DNA from: the human T2T-CHM13v2.0 reference genome, Homo sapiens
Reading direction: 5' to 3' (one strand)
DNA: 64,000 nucleotides
Assembly (NCBI RefSeq): GCF_009914755.1
Contig: NC_060932.1
The position numbers and the translations under genes were made by a program. Position 1 is the first letter of the stretch. Each line of letters opens with the position of its first letter. This document shows, in pieces, positions 55,403 to 64,000 of the stretch. The notes under the pieces were generated by a model. The model was not told the DNA's origin. It saw only the letters and a program-made list of their open reading frames with translations, and did not search any database.

Positions 55403-58080
55403 CTTCCAGTATCTCTACTCCCTGGCTCTAGTCCATGCCCTATAATAAGACCTTCTTATCTCAATCAGGTGCTCAGTTGTAATGTAATTGTTGTTGCTAA
55501 CCAGGTTTTGGTTGGTTAAAACTTGTGATTCAAAAAGATAACTCTTCCCTCAATGAGTGTGTGGGTTTAAGGATGTAGTACTCCTGTCTATATGGAGGCA
55601 GTAATAATTGAGATGTAAATGGGCTTTATGTTGTACCAAGTGGTATAGGATGAAGGTTCTGAAAATACTGACAGGAGAAGACTAGAGATATAAGTATGAG
55701 AGAAAAGGATGGATAGAATTAAATCTGGATGTTACTTAGAGAAACACTTGGGAAAAGCTCAGGAAGCATGGGAAACTGGAGCAGAGACAGGAGGTTGTAA
55801 GGATGCTTGGAGAGTCCAATGAGAGAAGGGCATAAGCTTTATATAGATCAGTTATCTAGAAAAGCCTTGAAAAGAAGCAGCAGCTTCAATCACTTCATCT
55901 AAGCAGACTGAAGGAACCTTGAGATGAGAAATTTGATAAAGAGCTTTAGGATGGAATCCAAATATTAAATACAACTGCCCAAGCAGTATCCGAAGGTTGC
56001 GGGGAACATTATATCTTCAGTTGGGAGTGAAAGCAGTAACTGGTGGCCAGGACAAAGCTGAATTACCAGCTGACCTGGCAATGAATTTTGAGGAACAATC
56101 TATTAAAATTGGGTTTAGTGAGTTAAGAAGCATCAAAGCTGGTTTAAGTAGCCAGACTGTATTCCTGTGACTCTGAATATTCTGAAATTTCCTCACTGTA
56201 GAACAATGTCATATTAAAACCCAAGTGACTGACTGGGCTGAAATAACAGGAGCCAGAAAGCAGAGAAAGCAAGAGACATACAAGGATAATAAAAAGAAAA
56301 ACCCTTGGCCCATAAGGTGGTGACAGGGAAATTTACCAGTCATGGAATTCTAGGAAGATTCTCTCTAGTGGTTGCTCTGATATGTTTTTGTACCAAAGTA
56401 TAAAGATAATTATTTTGGGTTGTAGGATATTTCTAGTACCCTTCAAATCATGCCCATGTCTAGTACTGAGGAGGAACTGAGGTAGGTCAAGGTGCACTTA
56501 AAAAAATGCACATAGCAATCCCATGTGTAACTGAAGTCTAAATGAAATACTTTTATATGTGTTTTCTTTCAAATCAAATTTACCCCATATTAAAAGTTAA
56601 ATTAAAAAACCACACGACTAAATTCTCTAGTCTTCATTTTTCTGCCACAATTCCTCTATTCTTCCCTGCAGTCAAAGGTTCGTGTTATCATTTGGATTTA
56701 AGGAGCAATAATATGTTTTTGATTGCTTATGATGTAAGTTTCTTTTAACTTGTTTTATTTTGGATTTGATAAAACCTCAAAAATTTTTCTCAGAGCCTTT
56801 TCCCTCAAAATACCAATTCTATTATAAAATAGGATGTGTTTATTTTTCTAGTTTTTAAAACAAAGCTGCTAATTGACCCCAGTGGTTAACATGGGCAGCA
56901 CAAAATACTGATTTTGGAATGTGGAAAGTTTATTAAAATGAAGTGGCTTGGGTGGTAGAGTCAGAACTGTACCAACAAAGAAAAACATGGCATATGACAC
57001 TGTGCTTCCTCAGAAATGGGAGGCCCATGTCAAGTGTTAGGCATGGCTTGCATCTGGCACAGGGACAGCCATCAATCAAACCTGGGATACTCTCCTGGGC
57101 TATTTTGTGCTTCGATCCCATGCACTGCAATGGGGTAAAAACTTAGTGCGGGCCAATCAGTCAAGGGGAGAAAGAGATGATCTATCAAAGATTTGACATT
57201 TGCACATGCAAGACCGTGGAAGAAGCTAGGGTAGATGGGGATGATAGATAAAACGTTTTTTGAGAAGGGAACAACCACATTAAAAAGCTGCCACACATTG
57301 TCTTCCTGCTCTACCATTTCTCAGTATCAATTTCACTCTGCTTCCTCTGTGTCCTTCCATTATGATACTAACAACTGCTATGTCTCAAGTTAGATATTGT
57401 TGAAGAGTCACACTATGGTTGACCCCTAAAACCCTTCATTTCCAAGGTAAATTAAACGAGAATTCATGTTCCCCACCAACTCCTTCATGTTCCTTCCCAA
57501 ACACAAACGCATATGTGCCTGATGTTCAGGCTATATATAGTCTTCTGTGACATTTTTTTTTTTTCTCCACTAAGGTGTCCTTGGTTTTCACCTGTAAATG
57601 TTCCCTGTCCCTGTGGAATGGCTCTGTTTAGACACCATGTGCTCTCCACTACACATATTTTGAACACCTATTTACTATATACCCCAAATGGATATGCACA
57701 GAGAAGAGCCTGCAAGTAGGTATGATTTCCCTTTGTGTCTGCAGCTTCCAGGGATTCTAAATTCTCTCACTAGCTCACACTGAGCTTTTAGCAATATCCT
57801 TAAAAAATGCTTGTATTCTTCTTATCTGCTTGCATGGCACCTGGGGTTTCTTCCTCCTAGGCTGTGCCACGAGTGAGTCAATATTCCCACTTATCACTCC
57901 TTGGAAGTTTCTGTCTCTCTTTGGATTTCAGTATACTTTGTTGCCCTGTGATAGCAGATCCTTGATGGGTTTAAGAAAAGTTATGATTATGTTGATTTAT
58001 CTGTGTTTTCTTTTTGTTAGGATGGAAGCAAACTTCTTTCCAGCTTTCTACATTCTAGATGGGAATGGAATTACGTTCAC

Positions 58081-58368
<288 letters not shown>

Positions 58369-58487
58369 GGAATTATGTTCACTTTTAAATATAATTGATT
58401 TGGGCTGGTGGCAGGATAAGGAAGCAGATATTTCCAAGAAGTAGTTGCAGATAAAAGACACAAGATACACAAATTCAGATGTCTTCT

Positions 58488-59566
58488 TGTTGACGAAGAG
58501 GGTCAAACTCTAAAATATTTGAAGAGATTTATTCCGAGCCAAATATGAGTGACCATGGCCTGTGACGCAATCCTCAGGAGGTCCTGAGAACATGTGCCCA
58601 AGGTGGTTGGGATACAGCTTGGTTTTGTATATTTTTAGGGAGGCGTGAGACATCAATCAAATACTTTTTTTTTTTTTGAGACGGAGTCTCGCTCTGTCCC
58701 CAGTCTGGAGTGCAGTGGTGCGATCTTGGCTCACTGCAACCTCTGCCTCCTGGATTCAAGCAATACTTTCTGCCTCAGCCTCCCAAGTAGCTGGGATTAC
58801 AGGCTCGCGCCACCCCGCCGGGCTAATTTATTTTTGTATTTTTAGTAGAGATGGGGTTTCACCATGTTGGCCAGGATGGTCTCGATCTCTTGACCTCATG
58901 ATCCACCCTCCTCAGCCTCCCAAAGTGCTGGGATTACAGGTGTGAGCCACCATGCCCGGCCTATTAAATACATTTAAGAAATACATTGGTTTGGTTCAGA
59001 AAGGCAGAACAACTCAAAGTGGGGTGGTGGTGTGGGGGTTTCCAGGCTATAGGTAAATTTAAACATTTTCTGGTTGACAATTTGTTGAGTTTATTTGAAG
59101 ACCTGGGATTAATGGAAAGGAATATTCAGGTTAAGATAAATGACTGTGGAGACCAAGTTTTATTGTGCAGAGGAATCTCTCAGATAGCAGACTTCAGAGA
59201 GACAGCAGGTTGTAAAATATTTCTTATCAGACTTAAAAGAGTGCCTGGCTCTTAGTTGATTACCTCCTGGATCTGGAAAGAAACAAAGGAAAACAAAGGA
59301 GAAATCCATATTCTCTACAGAATGTGGATTTTTCCCACAAGAGACTTTGCAGGGCAATTTCAAGGTATGGCAAAGAAATATATTTTCGGGTAAAACATTT
59401 TTTCCTTGTCTCACAATGTTATGCCAGAGTCAGATTGAAAAGTTAGTCACAATATATAGGGTCAAATAAAACCCATCTGATGAGAATTTATGGTTTGTAG
59501 GGCATGACTCCCCAGGCCCCTTAGATAGGAATTTAGGCAAAATAAAAAATCAGAGCTTAGTCCTCA
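58488..59566 (-). mobile_element. MER4-family ERV1 solo LTR interrupted by an Alu
   Basis: The minus strand reads TGAGGACTAAGCTCTGATTTTT...CGTCAACA (TG...CA termini) and matches the remembered MER4 consensus. Confidence 0.85.
58665..58961 (-). mobile_element. Alu nested in the MER4 LTR
   Basis: Antisense dimer; TSD atcaaatac/attaaatac. Confidence 0.93.
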
Positions 59567-60286
59567 ATATGTAGAAGTGATAAGCAAAGCTGATAGAATA
59601 GATAATATTTTAGGAAAAAAATAAAATGAAAAAAACCCTGATGATTGGAGACTCAGAATTAAATCACTAAATTTACTGCATAAAGGATAATATTTGTATG
59701 TATTGTGTGTTTGATGGGAAGCAGATGGTTTGACAAAATAATAATTATACTTTCCTTGTAGTCTGCTCTCATTCCAGTTTTATATCTGATTTCCAGCTAT
59801 CTATGCCTTTTAGTTAAGCAGAACTGTTCTTAGAGAATCATCTGAAGGTTTTTGCTCTCTTCTTTCTCAGCAAGTTAATATAGATGTATTTGGGCTTTAT
59901 CAACAAAGAAAGAAATTACTATTTCTTTAATTTTTTTTCCTTTGAATTCCTTTCATTATTTAAAGTGGTGATGCTTCAAATAGCTAAAGACTAATTTAAA
60001 AAAAAAAAAAGGTGATTCATTCATTTCCTCCACCAGAGCCACATCTCAGCCTCAGGGCTCAAGGATGGCAGCAGCATGAGGTTAATTTTGGACTCACAGG
60101 CTGCTTGCTTGAAAACTGTTAGCTTCACTTCTCATCTCCTTGTGGGTAGGGAGCTGCCACTGATGGCATTTACAGAATAACAAATGAGGATTAAGCTTTC
60201 TATTTGGGAGATATTTTGAGCAAAATTAAACATGGTGTAGGCAGAGTGGATTAGATTGAAATGATCCCCATTCTGACAAAGCCCTT

Positions 60287-60290
<4 letters not shown>

Positions 60291-60332
<42 letters not shown>
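60291..60332. repeat. (CA)21 microsatellite
   Basis: Counted directly. Confidence 0.95.
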
Positions 60333-60334
<2 letters not shown>

Positions 60335-60784
60335 AAGCCAGTATTAACCCTCAAGAACAAGGTAAATCACAAAACATCTGCAGTGTCCTACCAGTTTTCC
60401 AGTAATTGCAATAGAGTATAATTAAGGTAACTAAGTCTAAGGACTCTGTGTTTAAATGCTGGCTGTACCACCTGCTAGCTGTATAACCTTGAAAACATAT
60501 TTGATCTCCCTAAGTTTCAGTTTCCTCCAATGTTATATTGGGGTTAATAACGACAGCTAACATTCATTGAGTATATATCATGCCCAGAGTGTCCATTCAC
60601 TTATTTATTTCTGATTTAACAAATTGGAAGATGGGTCAGAAGAAAATACTCAGACTTAAGCCCAAAGTTATGGAAATTACAGAAAAGATAGTAAAAGATA
60701 AATTGACACAGCAAATAGGTTTAACACATGTGCATCTGGAGTCCCAGAAGGAGATGTGAAAGAATATGGAGAAGGTTATTATTT

Positions 60785-61000
60785 GCCAGCCACTGCTTTA
60801 AGTACTTTACAGATATATCTTATTTAATCCTCATAAAATCTCTCTGAGGTAGGCACTATTCTTGCCACACCCATTTTACAGATGAGGAAACCAAGGCACC
60901 AAGTTAGGTAACTTGCCCAGGGCCACACAGCTAGTAAGTGGTAGAGCTGAGATATAAACCCAAGCAGTCTGAGCTGTGTCCACATTTTAAACCAGCCTTA
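60785..61000 (-). mobile_element. MIR SINE
   Basis: cccattttacagatgaggaaaccaaggcac...gttaggtaacttgcccagggccacacagctagtaagtgg. Confidence 0.85.
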
Positions 61001-61588
61001 TTCTGAGGACCATACATATGTCAACTCATTAAATGCTCACCAATAAGTCCTATGAGTACTATCATTATCCCCATTCTATAGGTGAAAGAGGTTAGGCAAT
61101 TTGGCCAAGATTACATAATTAGGTAATGATAGAGCTAAGATACAATGCCAGACAAGTCTGTCTCTAAAACCCACAATCATAATTTTTATGCTATATCCTC
61201 TGTCAGTAATAGTACCTTTATCATAGAGTTCTTTAGTCCAGTCCTGGCATACACTCAGATATTATTATCATTTACGATTACTATTACTGATTGTCCTCTG
61301 ATAGTTGTAGCTCCCTAAGAGCTCAAGTTGCAATCACAGTGAGGTGGGAGTAGCAGGAATGTATAGCATGCTGCCTGAATATGACACCCTGCTCTCAGCA
61401 GGTTCCTAAGATGAGGAAACTATTAGAGTTCCTAAAATGAAGGTCCTTGCTAGAGATTCCATGTATTTCAGTTCATTTACTCTCTTTGCCTAACTGCAGT
61501 ATAGAAGGTGACTGGATACCAGAAAAATTGTAGGGAAAGAGGAAGGGAGTTTTAATTCTTTGTTTTAATCCTTTGTTGGGAGTTTTAA

Positions 61589-61921
<333 letters not shown>

Positions 61922-62170
61922 ATATATATATATATAATTTTTTTTTTAATAAGCCTTAACTCTATGCCAACTACTTTTCCAAGTGCATATGTTAATTTAT
62001 GTGTTCCTTAGACAAGCCCTAGGAGATGCATAATATTATCTGCTCACTTTATAGATGAGGAAATTAAGGCCTGGTGTTCAAGGCCACACAGTCAGTAAGT
62101 GATAAAACTGGAATTTGAACAGTTTTGCCCCAGAACCCAAGATCTTATGTTCCTCTCACTTCAATACTAG

Positions 62171-62461
<291 letters not shown>

Positions 62462-62569
62462 TCCAACACTAGTTTTAATACTCTTCCCACATTACCGATT
62501 ACCCCTCTATCTCATGAATGAAACTAAATATTAAATATATAATTGTAAAGTACAAGGTGATTTTCATGA

Positions 62570-62974
<405 letters not shown>

Positions 62975-63126
62975 TGAGATTTTTGATAATACAAAAGTTC
63001 TGAATCCATTTGACAGGGTTTACTTGTCAACAAAGTGGATACAGGTATCTTCTTCTTGTCCACAGCCAAATCTTGTGGCGATAGTCAGATAGTAGAAGGT
63101 GGTGGTGGGGGATGTCTACTCTGCCT

Positions 63127-63438
63127 TTTTTTTTTTTTTTTTTTTTTTTTAAGGAGATAGGGTCTTGTTCTGTCACCCAGGCTGGAGTACAGTGGCACGA
63201 TCATAGTTCACTGCAGCTTCGAACTTCTGGGCTCGAGTGATCCTCTCACCTCAGCCTCCAAGTAGTTGGGATGACAGGTGCATACCAACATGCCCAGCAA
63301 ATTTTTCTTGTGGTTTTTTAAGAGATGGGGGTCACGCTGTGTTGCCCAGGTTGTTCCTGAACTCCTGACCTGAAGGGATTCTCCTGTCTTAGCCTCCCAA
63401 GTCACCGCAATTACAGGTGTGAGCCACTGTGCCTGGCT
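63127..63438 (-). mobile_element. Alu (AluJ-like)
   Basis: Antisense dimer; TSD CTCTGCCTTT. Confidence 0.9.
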
Positions 63439-63956
63439 CCCCTCTGCCTTTCGTTACCTTTCCTAGGGCAGGAATTGTTGGCATATACTGGCACCAGTGC
63501 CCAACATTGTTTCACTTTATTTTGGATCCTAAAAAATTAATTTCTCCTCAATTTATTTATGAAGAAATATATCTTATCAAAAGACCAAGGAAGCAGGATT
63601 TGTAAGCAAAGAAGATTTCAGGAATTTGTAGGTTTTACATGTTCTTCTACCTCAGATATATAGCTGACTCTTTTTTTGGGAAGGGGCACAGAAAAATTTA
63701 TGTACCCTGTTAAATAGCAGTAGACAATAGTTACGGTCTGCTAGCCCCATCTACTTCTCATGAGAAGAAAAAAGGTCTACAAAGGCATTGTCACAGAGGT
63801 TTTTGGCCTCTTGTAAGAGACTTTCCTGAGGTTTTTATATAGCCAAGTGTTTTGCTTATTTACTACTTTGTGGCACTGGATCAAATAATGTATGCTGATA
63901 TATAATACATTGATTAATGCATTTTCCAAACTCATGACCAGCTTGAAATATATTGT

Positions 63957-64000
63957 TTTTTGGTTTTTTTTTTGAGACAGAGTCTCGCTCTGTTGCCCAG
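63957..64000 (-). mobile_element. Alu 3' end, cut by the window edge
   Basis: T tail followed by gagacagagtctcgctctgttgcccag. Confidence 0.85.

Overview
This is primate, almost certainly human, genomic DNA at the head-to-head SLC25A32/DCAF13 locus (human 8q22.3, from established knowledge). The minus strand carries coding exons 1-3 of SLC25A32, a mitochondrial folate/FAD carrier; the gene continues off the left edge. The plus strand carries the whole of DCAF13 (WDSOF1, the Sof1 homologue). I assembled it by hand as 11 coding exons, 1338 nt, 445 aa plus stop, with intron 2 a GC-AG intron. The two start codons are about 510 bp apart in one CpG island with E-box, ETS and GC-box motifs. The rest is intron and about 25 kb of downstream intergenic DNA, rich in Alu, MIR, L1, L2, hAT and Tigger elements and LTRs. 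I see no evidence for a wholly new biological system. The best unexplained signals are: (1) an in-frame cryptic GT donor at codon 42 inside the exon with the GC donor; (2) a 47-bp, 46/47-identical duplication between DCAF13 intron 9 and its 3' UTR; (3) a candidate poison exon in intron 3; (4) a readable fossil Tigger transposase N-terminus in intron 8; (5) several micro-duplication or template-switch scars. Repeat subfamily names come from remembered consensus sequences, and repeat boundaries are approximate.
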